In this document: one piece after another, positions 1 through 14,800 of the stretch
Position numbering within the stretch: the stretch's first letter is position 1
Layout: each line of letters begins with the position of its first letter
Assembly: GCF_006345805.1 (NCBI RefSeq)
Contig: NC_043018.1
Span: 20,956,001-21,020,000 of the forward strand
Reading direction: 5' to 3'
Source: Octopus sinensis
Lineage: Eukaryota
Length of the DNA: 64,000 nucleotides
Program-made: the position numbers and the translations under genes
Notes under the pieces: generated by a model
What the model was told of the DNA's origin: nothing
The model's input: only the letters and a program-made list of their open reading frames with translations
Databases searched by the model: none

Positions 1-189
1 TCGCTATTATATAAGGGAAGTAACTCTCTAAAAATGTCTATGATGAGTCAACGATTTAAAAAAAAAATTTACCATCTTTTTTTTCCATTTTTAATGCATT
101 TTTTTGCTATTTTTGGGCTATAACTCTCTAAAAATGCTTACATAGTTATTTCCCTTACAAACCCGAGCAATGCTGGGCGATACTGCTAG
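1..189 (+). mobile_element. Helitron-like element, 3' part
   Basis: Matches the 15109-15507 family; ends ...gatactgCTAG|T. Confidence 0.7.
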
Positions 190-655
190 TACATACTATT
201 TAGAGTTTTCTTTGTGGGAGCTGTCAGTGTCCATGTTACCAAACCACAAACTGAAATTCGCTCAGTTGCAATCTCTGAGGAAATCTATTTTAATCTTTCA
301 TGGAAGATTAGATTTCCATATCTTATCCAAACTGTGTTACTAATCCTGGTTTCCAAATTCACTCTTGAATTTGGAGATTTGACTTCCAAAATATTTGTAA
401 TTATCTACTTTCTTGAAGTATATCTATATCCAAGGAATCTAATGCTCTTAGCTTAGTTTTTCCTTGGGGCTGGCCGGATTGGACCAATCTCAAGATTAAT
501 CAGCCGAAATTGTGAAGATAATCTGGTGCTTGACTGAAGAAAGAAAACTTCGAATGGCCCGTTCTTGTTTTCTTTGTATCGTCAACCTGGATGTTTTGCG
601 TTCTTGTCCCATTTTGTATTTATATATATATATATATATTTTTTTTTTCATTTAG

Positions 656-835
656 TTGTTGACGGAAGGTCTGTTGACATACGGCTATGTTACTAATGCA
701 GAGAACGTGAACTTGGAAATAGCATTGCCAAAAGGTTTAACAGGAATCGTAAATGCTACGAACATATCTCCAGCCTACACAAGTTATCTGAAATCTCTTG
801 TTGAAAATGACAACAAAAAACATTTTGCCCAACTG
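656..835 (+). CDS. PDCD11: RRP5 exon 1 in window (S1 domain; [12 protein letters not shown]...HFAQL)
   Basis: tttag acceptor, gtaaga donor, 180 nt, phase 0/0. Confidence 0.9.
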
Positions 836-3800
836 GTAAGATTTGCTTATATTTTACTTCTACAGATTGTTTTTGTTTTGTTTTCTTGTGTTTTTAGTTT
901 TCCTCCGTTAATCCGTCACCACCCTCCACTTTGTTTCTTTTAGCGCCTATGGCTGTTTTTTTTTCATCTTTCTTTGTAAGTGTTTCTATTACTTCTTTTT
1001 GTCTCTTCAAATAAATTATACCAATTTTAAGAAACGGCATCCATTTTCTTTTTGGGGATACTCTTTTACTTGTTTCAGTCATTTGACTGCGGCCATGCTG
1101 GAGCACCGCCTTTAATCGAGCAACTTGACCCCGGCACATTCTTTTGTAAGCCCAGTACTTATACTATCGGTCTCTTTTGCCGAACCGCTAAGTAACGGGG
1201 ACATAAACACACCAGCATCGGTTGTCAAGCAATGCTAAGGGGACAAACACACGCATATATATATATATACATATATACGACGGGCTTCGTTCAGTTTCCG
1301 TCTACCAAATCCACTCACAAGGCTTTGGTCGGCCCGAGGCTATAGTAGAAGACACTTGCCCAAGGTGCCATGCAGTGGGACTGAACCTGGAACCATGTAG
1401 TTGGTAAACAAGCTACTTACCACACAGCCACTCCTACGGGATGGTCATAATTTTTCGCCAATTAACCACAAGCACTATATATTCGTTCTTCAGTTCAGCT
1501 TCTTTATTATTCTCACCAGTTGGTCCCGTGCCATCAAAAATGGCAGTTAATTGTAGTATTTTATATATAAATATGAAAGATGAATCAAATTAATACACTT
1601 GTCAATGTTCACACACACTCACATATTTCCCTTGTACACGCACACACATACACACATGTTCGCCATCCTTCACCCCTTCCTTCCTTATTCATCTATCACC
1701 CCTTCCTTCTTCATTCATATGTTGTGACAGAGAAAAACACAAGAGTATTATTATAGTAGATTTTAGTGTCCTTTGTCTGAAATCTTTCGTCACACATCCC
1801 TGTGACCTCTTCAGTAACTCTCCATCCCTAGTGTCTCCTCCTGTTCTGTTTAGTCCATTCTGTCTTTCTGTAGTGCATATTCTTATCTGCACAAGTATTT
1901 GCAACTGTGTGTGTGTGTGTGTCCATGTGTATATGCATGTCTATGTGCTTGCTATGTGTGTTTCCTTACTACACAGTCTGTTCCTGTGTCTTTAGGTTGT
2001 TTTTTTATGTGTTTATTTTTCATTCTGTCTTTAGTATGTGTATTTTTTATTTAGTTTTTTTATATTCATTTATTTTTTACTGATTTATTCATTTTTCATT
2101 CCATCTTTAGTTTATGTATTAAAAAAATTTTTTTTTGTATCGACAGGCTGATCACACGCTCTCCGACCTATTTCCAAAAGGTTCTCTCATCGTTGGCAAG
2201 GTTATATCCACTAAAAAAGACACATTTAACTTGTCTTTATCTCCCGAGGATATCAACAGCTACTTGGAACAAGTTCAGATTAAAAATAACATGGTGAGTA
2301 TCACTTTTTTTGCCTTAATTTCTCTCTTGTTTCAAAGAAAGTTATCTTTATATTGTAACTATTTCCTTTATGTTATTCAGAATTGGCATGACATTATTGT
2401 GGGTAGTCTTATTCTTGACTTGTGCTGGTATCCAAGTCAACCAAACAGTAGACAAGTAACATCATCATCATCCTTTAGCAATCAGATTACTCTGTCAGAT
2501 GTAATATTTATTTATCCATATAGTTTTGAAGTCATCATGTATTATCTTGTGGCTTTGAGACTTCAGTGATGTGATTGTTTATTTTTAGTGTGATATTGTA
2601 CTATAGGTGTGAGGGGCTGGATCTGGCCAGCTTCAACATAAAACTGGTTGAATATTTGGGCTGGATGTGGCCGGTTTAAATGCTAAAGGGTTCACTCTTC
2701 CATGCTTGCATGAATCAGGTGGATCTGAGCTAAGGATACATCATCATCATCGCTATCTGTTTTCCATTCTTGCATTGGTTGGACTGTTTGACCGGAGCCT
2801 GGTCAGCTGAAGAGCTACCTGGGTTCCATGTCTGTTTTCGTTTAATCTCTATACCTGGATGCATTTCCTAATGCCAAGGAGGCCCTTCCTAACACATTCA
2901 CATAAACTGTATAAAATTTGTCACTGGTTTTTGTTTTTTAGATCCTTGTAGGGAGTGTAAAAAGTGTTGAAGACCATGGGTATATAATTGATATTGGTCT
3001 CAAAGACGTCAACGCGTTCCTCAGTAAGGAAAATGCAAGCAAGTATAACGATGGTAAGAGAAACTTTGTGTTTTGCCTTTCTTATTCTCTGTTTGTGACA
3101 ACTTTGGTTACATTGCTTAAGTCTTAACCCTTTAGCGTTCAGACTACTTTGTCAAATGTAATGTTTATCTGTTCACATCATTTGAATTAATCAAGCATTA
3201 TCTCGTGGCTTCGAAATTTCAGTGATGTGATTTTTTTAATGATACTGAAGGCGCCAAGCTGGCAGAAATGTTAGCACGCCGGGTGAAATGCATAGCCATA
3301 TTTCGTCTGCCATTACGTTCTGAGTTCAAATTCCACTGAGGTCAACTTTGCCTTTCATCCTTTCGGGGTCGATAAATTAAGTACCAGTTACGCACTGTGG
3401 TCGATATAATCGACTTAATCTGTTTGTCTGTCCTTGTTTGTCTTCCCTGTGTTTAGCCTCTTGTGGGTAATAAAGAAATAGATATTGTAGGGTAAGTGTA
3501 AGAGGCCAGTTCTGGCTAGTTTAAACATAAAACAGAATATTTGGGCCAGATATGGCCAGTTTGAATGCTGAGGGGTTATGGTTCTGTATTACAGATAATT
3601 GCAACTGCCACCGAGTCTGAACCACATGTAACAGTAATTTAAATTATGTTTTTGTTTAGGGGTTGAAAAACAAAATAAGTACTCTTCTGTGTGAAACAAA
3701 AGAATTTAGTCTTATCTTAAAAAGGACTTCCTGTTTATACCCCAATGTTTGTATTAGATTTTTATTCAGGGATTTGTAGGGTTTTTCTTCAATTTTCAAG

Positions 3801-6340
3801 CATCATGGTGGGATACCTCAAGTGGTGGGTTAGAATTCAGCGAGCTGGCAGAAACGTTAGCACACCGGGCGAAATGCTTAGCGGTATTGCGTCTGTCGTT
3901 GCGTTCTGAAAGGCGGCGAGCTGGCAGAAACGTTAGCACACCGGGCGAAATGCTTAGCGGTATTGCGTCTGTCGTTGCGTTCTGAGTTCAAATTCCGCCG
4001 AGGTCGACTTTGCCTTTCATCCTTTCGGGGTCGATAAATTAAGTACCAGTTACGCACTGGGGTCGATGTAATCGACTTAATCCGTTTGTCTGTCCTTGTT
4101 TGTCCCCTCTATGTTTAGCCCCTTGTGGGCAATAAAGAAACAGATATTATTCTTTTCTACTCTAGGCACAAGGCCCGAAATTTTGGGGCATGGGGCCAGT
4201 TGATTAGATTGGCCCCAGTATGCAACTGGTATTTAATTTATTGACCCCAAAAGAATGAAAGGCAAAGTCGACCATGGCAGAATTTGAACTCAGAACATAA
4301 AGACAGATGAAATACGCTAAGCATTTCGCCCAGCATGCTAACATTTCTGCCAGCTCACCACTTTAATTTGGTGATATTATTAATGGTTTAATTAGTTAGA
4401 GACTCGGAGAAGATAATCAACGAACTATTTCTGTGTCATCTTGAATGCATCATTGATTCAAGTGTTTCTGGATTCAAAGTCGATTCTGAGAGAAGTGTCA
4501 TAATCACATAACTGATCACTACATTGATATTTTCCTTAGTGATGCTGGCTCTGTAAAGCTTTCGAATTTAGAAGCAAAGCTCATTGAGCATTTACCTGAG
4601 GAAATGTTTCTCAGGAAGAATGATGAGACTACAAAATATGTTCATCAACAGGCCAACATGGCTTTCGTTACATCAAACGAGGAGACGAAGACATATTTTG
4701 CAATGCTTTTTCTGATGAGAGCCGTGCAGCTTCTAAGTTAACAAAAACTATGGAAGCGCAAATTCAGCTCTGAAACAGGAAATCAATGCCCAGGAATCAA
4801 TATCTTGTAAATACATCATCATCATCATCGTTTAACGTCCGTTTTCCATGCTAGCATGGGTTGGACGGTTCGACCGGGGAGCTGGGAAGCCAGAAGGCTG
4901 CACCAGGCTCCAGTCTGATCTGGCAGTGTTTCTACGGCCGGATGCCCTTCCTAACGCCAACCACTCCGTGAGTGTAGTGGGTGCTTTTTACGTGCCACCT
5001 GCACTGGTGCCAGGCGAGGCTGGCATCGGCCACAGTCGGATTGGTGCATTTTACATGCCACCGGCACGGAAGCCAGTTGAGGCGGCATTGGCTCTCTATA
5101 CAAATTACCTGGGCAGGTGACAATGACATGACGACAGGTAACAATCAACAAAAATTAAAAATCTCATAACGTACACTTACAATCATTACACCTGATCACC
5201 AATCATCATCATCGTTTAATGTCCATTTTTCATGCTATCATGGGTTGGATGGTTTGACCAAGGTCTGGGAAGCCAGGAGGCTGCACCAGGCTCCAGTCTG
5301 ATCTGGCAGTGTTTCTACAGCTGGATGTCCTTCCTAACGCCACATCCAAATTCATGCATCGTTATATTTTTGTGATTTTTAATCCTGGAATAACTGACTC
5401 AACCAATTATTGCTTACCTTTTTTTTTATATCTGTGTCCCCTTTTGTGATTTTTCTACAGGGAAACAAATCAAAATGGGTCAGCAGCTACATTGTTTAGT
5501 TGTCGATGTTACACACATAAAAAGGAATGTGATACGATCTGTGATTCTCTCGGCTGATCCTTTTAAAATTGCAACTCAAATGGTACGTAATTAACCCCTG
5601 TTTTATGCACGCACACACACTCACAGACTGAGAGAGCAATGGTGAGAGAAATGTTTGGCGTGAAGCTGTTTGATAAGAGGAGGACTGGGGATGCTGGGGT
5701 TGGAGGAATCAGTGGAGTGGTTGTCAAGGGTGAATGGAGTTCAGTGGTATGGGCATGTGTTGAGGAGGGATGAGGAGCATGTTCTGATGACGGTGCTAGA
5801 GTTTGAGGTAAATGGACAGCGAAAGCGAGGTAGACCGAGGAAAATTTGGAGGAGACATTTGGGGGAGGAAATTGAATTGGGAGGGTTGGCTTGAGAAATG
5901 AGGACACCCAGAACGAGACGAGATGGTGTGATAGTGGTTGCTATGGCATTGGGGTAGATCTAGCCATCCCTGTTAACGGGGACAAAACCCGGATTTGAAA
6001 TGATGGATGGATATATCATCATCATTTAATGTCCATTTTCCAAGCTGGCATGGGTTGGATGGTTTGATAGGAACTAGCTAGGGTGGGAGCTATGTCAGGC
6101 TCCAATGTCTGTTTTGGATTGGTTTCTACAGCTGGATGCCCTTCCTAAGGCCAACCCCTTTACATTGTGTACACTGGGTGCTTTTTACATGGCACTGTCA
6201 CTGACATGGTCACCAAGCACCTTTTTACTCTTGTGTAACCCTTAAAATAAATTACATGTCTCAAGGAACCCCTGCACAAAAAAAAATTATATACCATATC
6301 TTACTCATATATTTTCCATTGTAGTTCACGTGGTAAATAT

Positions 6341-6391
<51 letters not shown>

Positions 6392-8281
6392 TAAAGACTC
6401 CGCCGGTTACGACGACGAGGGTCCCAGCTGATACGATCAACGGAACAGCTTGCTTGTGAAATTAACGTGCAAATGGCTGATCATTCCACAGACACGTGTA
6501 CCCTTAACGTAGTTCTCGGGGATAATCAGCGTGACACAGAGAGTGACAAGGCTGACCCTTTGAAATACAAGTACAACTCATTTTTGCCAGCTGAGTGGAC
6601 TGGAGCAACGTGAAATAAAGTGTCTTGCTCAAGGACACAACGCATCGCCGGGAATCGAACTCACAACCTTACGATCATGAGCCGAATGCCCTAACCACTA
6701 AGCCACGTGCCCTCACTATATATATATAGGGTGTCCATAAATTACAGACATCACTAAATATGTCCCCCAATGGTTGTTATATTTTTTTGATAACATGATA
6801 GGTTAGATAGGAGGATGTCTATATTACAATATTACAATAACCAATAATATGTTGTTGTTGTGCATGTATAGTAATATTACAATCATGAAATTAGAATTAC
6901 CTTACCTCACTCTTTTTCGCGGAACCCCTGTTGAGAAACGCTGGCTTATTGTATAACTTTTTGTATTTTTTTTTTCCTTTCTTAACCAGATAAAAGACCC
7001 CCTGCCTGTGCCTCTCTCATGTATCTGTCCAGGCCTGCAAGCTGAAGCCACTATTGTCAAAGTAAGTAACAACTATAGAAGTTGGTATGTATTTATGTGA
7101 TGATGGAAATTGACTTTCTGTCGTTACTATTTTATCCTCATTAACACCACTACCAACAGCATCATCATCATCATCTCTGACTTAAATCTGTCACAAGTCT
7201 ACACACAGACTGGATCTTATTCCAGTTTCCATGCTGTATCAGTGACCAAGAGTACAATACTCCAGTTCATCACAGAGTTAGCACTCTCCCCTCCACACCC
7301 TGGACAGGATGGCCAGTTCATCACAGAGTTAACACTATCCCATCTACCCACTGGACAGGATGGCCAGTTCATCCCAGAGTTAACACTCTCCCTTCTGTCC
7401 TCTGGACAGAATGGCCAGTTCATCACAGTTAACACTCTCCCTTCTGCCCCCTGGACAGGGTGACCATTCCATCACAGAGTTAACGCTCTCCCCTTCTGCC
7501 CCCTGAACAGGATGGCCAGTTCATCACAGAGTTAACACTCTCCCTTCTGCCCCCTGGACAGGATGGCCAGTTCATCACAGAGTTAACACTCTCCCTTCTG
7601 CATCCTGGACAGGGTGACCATTCCATCACAGAGTTAACACTCTCCCCTTCTGTTCCCTGGACAGAATGGCCAGTTCTTCACAGTTAACACTCTCCCTTCT
7701 GCCCCCTGGACAGGATGGCCAGTTCATCATAGAGTTAACACTCTCCCTTCCACCCCCCTGGACAGGATACCCAGTTCATCACAGAGTTAACTCTTCCCTC
7801 CACTCAACTGTTGTTTTGGTACTCATTTTCAGCTGAATCAACTGAAGCAATGCTCAAGAACACAATATGTTACCTGGACTGAGGACTGAAACCATGACCT
7901 TACTGTCATGAGTCCAACATTCTAACTACTAGGCCACATACCTTCATATATGTGTGTGTGTGTGTTTATGTATGTAATCCCAAATTTTATTTAATTTGCT
8001 TTGCGGGAAGGACGGTTTCAATGTAGTTGTGTATTGTCCTTGCCTTTGAAACGTGGAGTAGATGAAACAGGGGACAACTGATGAAGGGGAATATTCTTTA
8101 TGTTGTATGTCTTGTTTCTCTGTTTGTTTCTTTTGTTGTTCGAAAACAATGTTCGTTATCTACGTTTTTGTTTTTATGTTTTCGTTTCTCATTGTGTTCA
8201 ACGTTCTTTTGATGTCCTGTACCCATATATGCATGTATATATACAAATATATGTAGGTATATACATATATGTATGTACGTG

Positions 8282-8347
<66 letters not shown>

Positions 8348-8399
8348 GTATATATATATATATAATAGTATTATATGGTATATATATATATTATATGTG

Positions 8400-8430
<31 letters not shown>

Positions 8431-8510
8431 GTATGTAATGTACGTGTATTATATATATATAGTATATATGTGGATATATATATATATGTATAATATATAT
8501 ATGTATGTAC

Positions 8511-8594
<84 letters not shown>

Positions 8595-8751
8595 TGTATA
8601 TATATATATGTATATATATATATTGTATTATATATATATATAGATATTATATATGTATATATATATGTATGTATAATATATATATATATGATATATATAT
8701 ATATGTATATATATATAGTATATAGATATATATATATATATATATTATATG

Positions 8752-8789
<38 letters not shown>

Positions 8790-8799
8790 TATATGTATT

Positions 8800-8852
<53 letters not shown>

Positions 8853-11800
8853 TATATGTAGGTATCTACATATATGTATGTATATATGCATATATTTATA
8901 TATTATTTATATTAATATATGTAAAACAATGAGCACAAGAGAAACAAATTTTAACAATGCTGTATTAGTTCAATGTGTGTGTTTGTATAAACTATTATTT
9001 GTTGTTTTCCTTTTATTGCAGTAAAATCTCACTGTTTTTGTGATTTGTTTTCATTATTCATTGTTTTGTCTGGCAATACAAGAAATTATTATTATTATTA
9101 TTATTATTACACCACCAAGGTTGACTTTGCCTTTCATCCTTTCGGGGTCGATAAACTAAGTACCAGTGGAACACTGGGGTTGATGTAACTGAATACGCCC
9201 CTCCCCCAAAATTTCAGGCCTTTTGCCTATAGTAGAAAGGATTATTATTATTACATCACCAAGGTCAACTTGCCTTTCATCCTTTCGGGGTCGATAAATT
9301 AAGCACCCGTTACGCACTGGGATCGGTATAATCAACTAGCTCCCTCCCCCAAAGTTTCAGGCTTTGTGCCTATAGTAGAAAGGATTGTTATTATTATTAT
9401 TCTAGCAGCACCAAATTGACAGAATTGCTAGAACATCAACCAAAATGTTTAGCAGCAGTTCTTCTAGTTTTTTTTTTTTAGCGGGGTGGGGGTGGGGTCA
9501 ATAAATTAAGTACAGTTGAACACTGAGGATGATGTAATCAAATTCCCTTCCCTGAAAATGGCTGGCCTTTTTCCAAAATTTGAAGCCAGCAGTGTTATTA
9601 TTGTTAATGTGACATCGCCTGTCTTCACGATCTGAGTTCAAATTCCACCGATGTCAGTTTTGCCTTTCATCTTTTCAAGGGTCGATAAAATAAGGTACCA
9701 GTTGCATACTGGGCTTGATCTGATCGACTGGCACCCCCCCCCACCAAATTTCAGGCCTTGTGCCTATAGTAGAAAGGATTATTGTTAATCATCATCATCC
9801 TGTGTTTTAAATCCGGGTTTTGTCCCCGTGAATGGGGGTGACCAGATCTACCTCAGTGCCATAGCAATCAAGATAGGCAGGTGCACCTCACCGCAACCTT
9901 TGGGCTGGGTGTTGCCCTTTCTCCTTTGCTATCATGAGGCTTTTTTGGAGCTGAATTTTCAACAGGGAGCATGTCATTGCTTACCCGTAACCTCAGTTTC
10001 TTGAAATGAGTGGTCCCAAGACCAAGGCCTCTACCACAATTTTTAAGAAATGTGGTGGAAAACTAGTTTAGGAAGGCGGTGACCCTATTCCCTGAGACCC
10101 CTTTTGGAACACCCCTACTGAATGCGATATATATTTTTTTTCCTTATCAGCAGAAATAGTTGAGTATTATTCTAATACACACATGTATCTTAACATATCT
10201 TTCTGTATCATAGGATGAAGGTTCTTACTTGAAAGCTAAATTCCTGACATATGACGCTGTGATACCAAAATGTTATTGCAATCCCGATGAACAGGGACAT
10301 AAAGCAAATTCACAGGTACAGTAATATTTTCTTTAGTCAAAATTAATTATTAACCTTTACCCTGCATATACTCAGTTCTGTGCATGTGCTCTTGAAGCAT
10401 GGGAACCAAATTAACTTGTCCTTGATAGGAGAGTACACTCCAGAATTCTCCACACTTCATGACATTGTACATCATCATCATCAACGTTTAGCGTCCGCTT
10501 TCCATGCTGGCATGGGTTGGATGGTGCAACTGGGGTCTGGGAAGCCAGAAGGCTGCACCAGGCCCAGTCTGATCTGGCAATGTTTCTACGCCTGGATGCC
10601 CTTCCTAATGCCAACCACTCCATGGGTGTAGTGGGTGCTTTTTACGTGCCACCGGCACAGGTGCCAGACGAGGCTGGCAAACGGCCACGATTGGATGGTG
10701 CTTTTTACATGCCACCGGCACGGGGGCCAGGCGAGGCTGGCAAACAGCCACGATTGGATGGTGCTTTTTACATGCCACCGGCACGGAGGCCAGGCGCGGC
10801 TGGCAATGGCCACGATCGGATGGTGCTTTTTACGTACTACTGGCACTTCGTTTTTACTGGCCAATGGAAAGAGTTTGTGAGGACTGGTTTGCATATGATG
10901 ATCTGCATGTTATCACCATCCTCCATCATTTAACATCCATTTTCCATGCTGGCATGGGTTGGACAGTTTAACAGGAGATGGCAAGCCGGAGAGCTGCACC
11001 AGGCTCCAATTGCCTATTTTGGCATGGTTTCTACAGCTGGATGTCCTGAGTTCAAATTCCGCCAAGGTCAATTTTGCCTTTTATCCTTTCAGGATCAATT
11101 AAGTAAGTACCAGTTATGCACTGGGGTCAATGTAATCTACAGCTGGATTTCCTTTCTAACACCAACCACTTGTACTGGGTGCTTTCTATGTGTACCAGCA
11201 TAGGATCTTTTTTATGTGGCACCAGTCCAGGTGCTTTTTACATGCAAGAACTTAATCAGTACAGTGAAGGTTAATTATTAAAAAAAACTTCACCCATTTT
11301 ACATATTTCTCTTCTTTTATAATGTTTTTTCCTTATGTTTGTAGCAGAAACAATTTCTTTCCTTCTTGTAGAGAAACCTCTGGCCTTCTACTGATTTCTA
11401 TCTTCTATATTGTTTAGCAGCTAAGTTGTTGGCAACTGGATTAATATTCAAAGAGTCAGTAGTTTGTATCCTGTCCGTGTAACTCAATCATGTTTTGGGG
11501 TCAATACAGTTCTTTGCTAGATGCAAACTTCTGTGAAAACATATCCAGCCATTGTTCAAAGGACATGGGGAAATATTTACCTGGCTTGGAAACTGATGAA
11601 GGTTGACAACAGGAAGAGCATCTGGCTGTAAATAGTCTGCCTAAATGAATCTTTTTCATTTGACCCATGCCTGCATAGAAAAGTGGATGGCAGCAGCAGT
11701 GAGGATGATGATCATCATCACAATTGCATGGATTACTTAATTCACCAACATTATATTTCTATTGTTTTTAATTTACAGAAAGTTTCAAAAGTTACAACGG

Positions 11801-14800
11801 AAAGCTGCAAAATACTTTAACCCTTTAGTGTTCGCATTATTCTGCCAAAATTAATGCTTCTTCATCTACATTGTTTTGAACTAATCATGCATTATCTTGT
11901 AGCTATGAGATTTTGATGAGGTAGCTGTTAATTTTTTAAATAATATTGTAGGGTTGGTGTGAGAGACCAGATATGACTAGTTTAAACATAAAACAGGTAG
12001 AATATTTTTGGCCAGATATGGCCGGTTTAAATGCTAAAGGGTTAAGTGCAAAATTCTTTTATAATTTTCTGCCAATTAAAAATAAAATAATTGCAGCGTG
12101 GAAGGTGTTTATAAGCCATTTAAGAAACACACAAAACCGTTAGATTCACGTCAACATTTAAATTTAATTTGTCAAAATATCTTCGTTGCTTTGAGGCTGC
12201 GACTTGTTCACTGACAAAGCTTCGTGCTCCCAAAAATGTATATACTCACATATTGAGTTCTATAGCAATCCATATCCGTCACAGCACTGTATTGCATCTG
12301 TCACGAAGTACCACAGGGTTAGAACAGTTTAGAACTGTGATAGTAAGTGTTGCATTAGCTTGCAACAGTGTAGTCAATACCTTGATGTTGATTTATGGAG
12401 AGATGTGCTCAGCAAAATCGATTTATTGTAATATACTTTGTAAGCAGTTTTTTTTCTTTCTCATAATTGACAGGTCCGAGCCACTGTTCTTCAATACCAT
12501 CCTGAAACAAAGGTTATTACTCTGACTCTGAGAATGGTCTACAGCAGTGAAGTGTCTGAGATTTTCCCTGACATATTTATTGGTAAAATTATTAAAGGTG
12601 TTGTAAAGTACATCAGCTCAGAAAAGGAGATATATCTTCACCTTTCAAATGGACTTTGGGCAATTGCACATGTGAGTACACGGTTTTTTTTTATAATGAT
12701 AATATACATATTTGAAACAAGCCTTCCCTCTCTCTCATGCTCTTACTTCTTGACATCTGGTATAAGCCACCTTCTTGAATACCCATCCACCTCACCACTC
12801 AATCAAGAGGTTTTGTCTTACAAGCTACTTGGTTACCTCACTGGTGCTGGTGCTACAAAGAAGCACCCAGCACACTATAAAGTAGTTGGCATTGTCCTGG
12901 GGTTGATTTGTTCAACTAAAAACCCTTCAAAGCTGTGCTCTAGCATGGCCGCATTCAAATGACTGAAACAAGTAAAAGGTAAAAGATATAATAGATTCTC
13001 CCATTGGCTTCAACATGTGAGAGTGTACCAACCAATGTTTTCGCTGTTAGACGGTGAGTTGGCAGAAACGTTAGCACACCTGGTGAACTGCTTAGCAGTA
13101 ATTCATCTGCCATTCTGTTCTGAGTTCAAATTCTGCCAAGGTCAACTTTGTCTTTCATCCTTTCAGGGTCGATTAAGTAAGTACCAGTTATGCACTGGGG
13201 TCAATGTAATCGACTTAATCCCTTTCTCTGTCCTTGTTTGTGCCCTCTACGCTTAGCTCCCTGTGGGCAATAAGGAAATGAATATTTTTGTTGTTAGATT
13301 ACCCACACTGATGATTTGTGATAAACAGTGCATGACCTTGCAGGTGGGGCCCAGTTAGAATTTTCTTCAGGTCCAGTAGCCCATCCCACTCAAAAGGTCC
13401 CTGAATAAGAGTTATTTAAGGATGACAAATGAAACCCCTATGTTCCCGGAAGTGAATTACTCAAACCCCAAAATTCCCCTCAACACATGGCTATGGTCCT
13501 CCCCTACTACTACTTGTGGTCAGAAATGCACATATCGTCAGCCACTAAGGGACATGCTCAACTGGTCAAGCAACTATTGAGCAAATCTGTGGTATTGGTC
13601 ATGATAACACTTCATTATTATTTACATAATTTACATAGGCGCAGGAGTGGCTGTGTGGTAAGTAGCTTGCTAACCAACCACATGGTTCCGGGTTCAGTCC
13701 GACTGCGTGGCATCTTGGGCAAGTGTCTTCTGCTATAGCCCCGGGCCGACCAATGCCTTGTGAGTGGATTTGGTAGACGGAAACTGAAAGAAGCCTGTCG
13801 TATATATGTATATATATATATGTATGTGTGTGTTTGTGTGTCTGTGTTTGTCCCCCTAGCATTGCTTGACAGCCGATGCTGGTGTGTTTACATCCCCGTC
13901 ACTTAGCGGTTCGGCAAAAGAGACCGATAGAATAAGTACTGGGCTTACAAAGAATAAGTCCCGGGGTCGATTTGCTCGACTAAAGGCGGTGCTCCAGCAT
14001 GGCCGCAGTCAAATGACTGAAACAAGTAAAAGAGTATATCAGAATTGTTAATCCGCAACATTTTTTCCTTCTTCTCCAGCCTCCAGATCCCACTGCTCAA
14101 AAAAGATCTGCATTATTGAAAGCATACCCTGTTCTCTCCAAACACCGGTTAGTGTTGTATTTTTTTCCTGATATCTCGTTTCTTTTTTTTTCCTTTGATT
14201 GGCAGACCCGTTAGAGCATCACACAAAATACCTTGTGATATTTGTTCCTGTCCTTCACATTCTCAGTTCCAATGCCACTGCGGTCTACTTTGTCTTTCAT
14301 CTTTCTGGTTGGCTGTTGCTGTCAGAATAGGTATCTGACCCATGTAAGCATTGGGAAAATTGGTGTTAAAACAGTTTTGGTGATGGTGGTGACAGCGCAA
14401 TCAATTTAAACCTCTCCACCTAAAAAATGCTGGCCTTGTGCCAGAATTTGAAACCATTATTATTATTATTATTATTGGCGTTAGGAAGGGCATCCAGCTG
14501 TAGAACCACTGCCAGATCAGACTGGAGCCTGGTGCAGCCCCTGGCTTCCCAGACCCCGATCGAACCGTCCAACCCGTGCTTGCGCGGAAAATGGACGTTA
14601 AACGATGATGATGATGATTATTATTATCATCATCATTTTTATTATTATTATTATTAAGGTGGTCAGCTGGCAGAATCATTAACATGCCAGGTGAAATGCT
14701 TATTGGTCTTTATGTTCTGAGTTCAAATTCCACTAAGGTCAGCTTTGCCTTTCATCCTTTCGGGGTTGATAAAATAAATACCGGTGAAACACTGGGGTTG

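Noticed and set aside
214-456. 80-aa hydrophobic ORF
   Set aside because: GTG start, intronic to RRP5, no recognisable motif or splice support.
530-565. CTGAAGA...CGAAT hammerhead-like motif (also CTGATGA at about 8093)
   Set aside because: The GAAA, stem III and stem I elements are missing; cannot be supported.
894-1407. Recurrent ORFs such as ...[18 protein letters not shown] and ...[20 protein letters not shown] seen at many loci
   Set aside because: They are translations of SINE family 1 copies, not a gene family or a Cys-rich toxin array.
7262-7800. CRISPR-like appearance of regular repeats (also 45504-46118 and 41840-42620)
   Set aside because: Units are contiguous without unique spacers, there are no cas genes, and the context is a eukaryotic intron.
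8062-9024. Overlapping YIYIYI/MCIYI ORFs
   Set aside because: Translations of a (TA)n microsatellite; not protein-coding.
9483-9497. G-rich GGGGTGGGGGTGGGG G4 candidate
   Set aside because: Only three long G-tracts and embedded in a decayed SINE; weak.
11779-11820. AG-preceded K/T-rich stretch between exons 6 and 7
   Set aside because: In-frame TAA and no good donor; exons 6 and 7 already join in frame.
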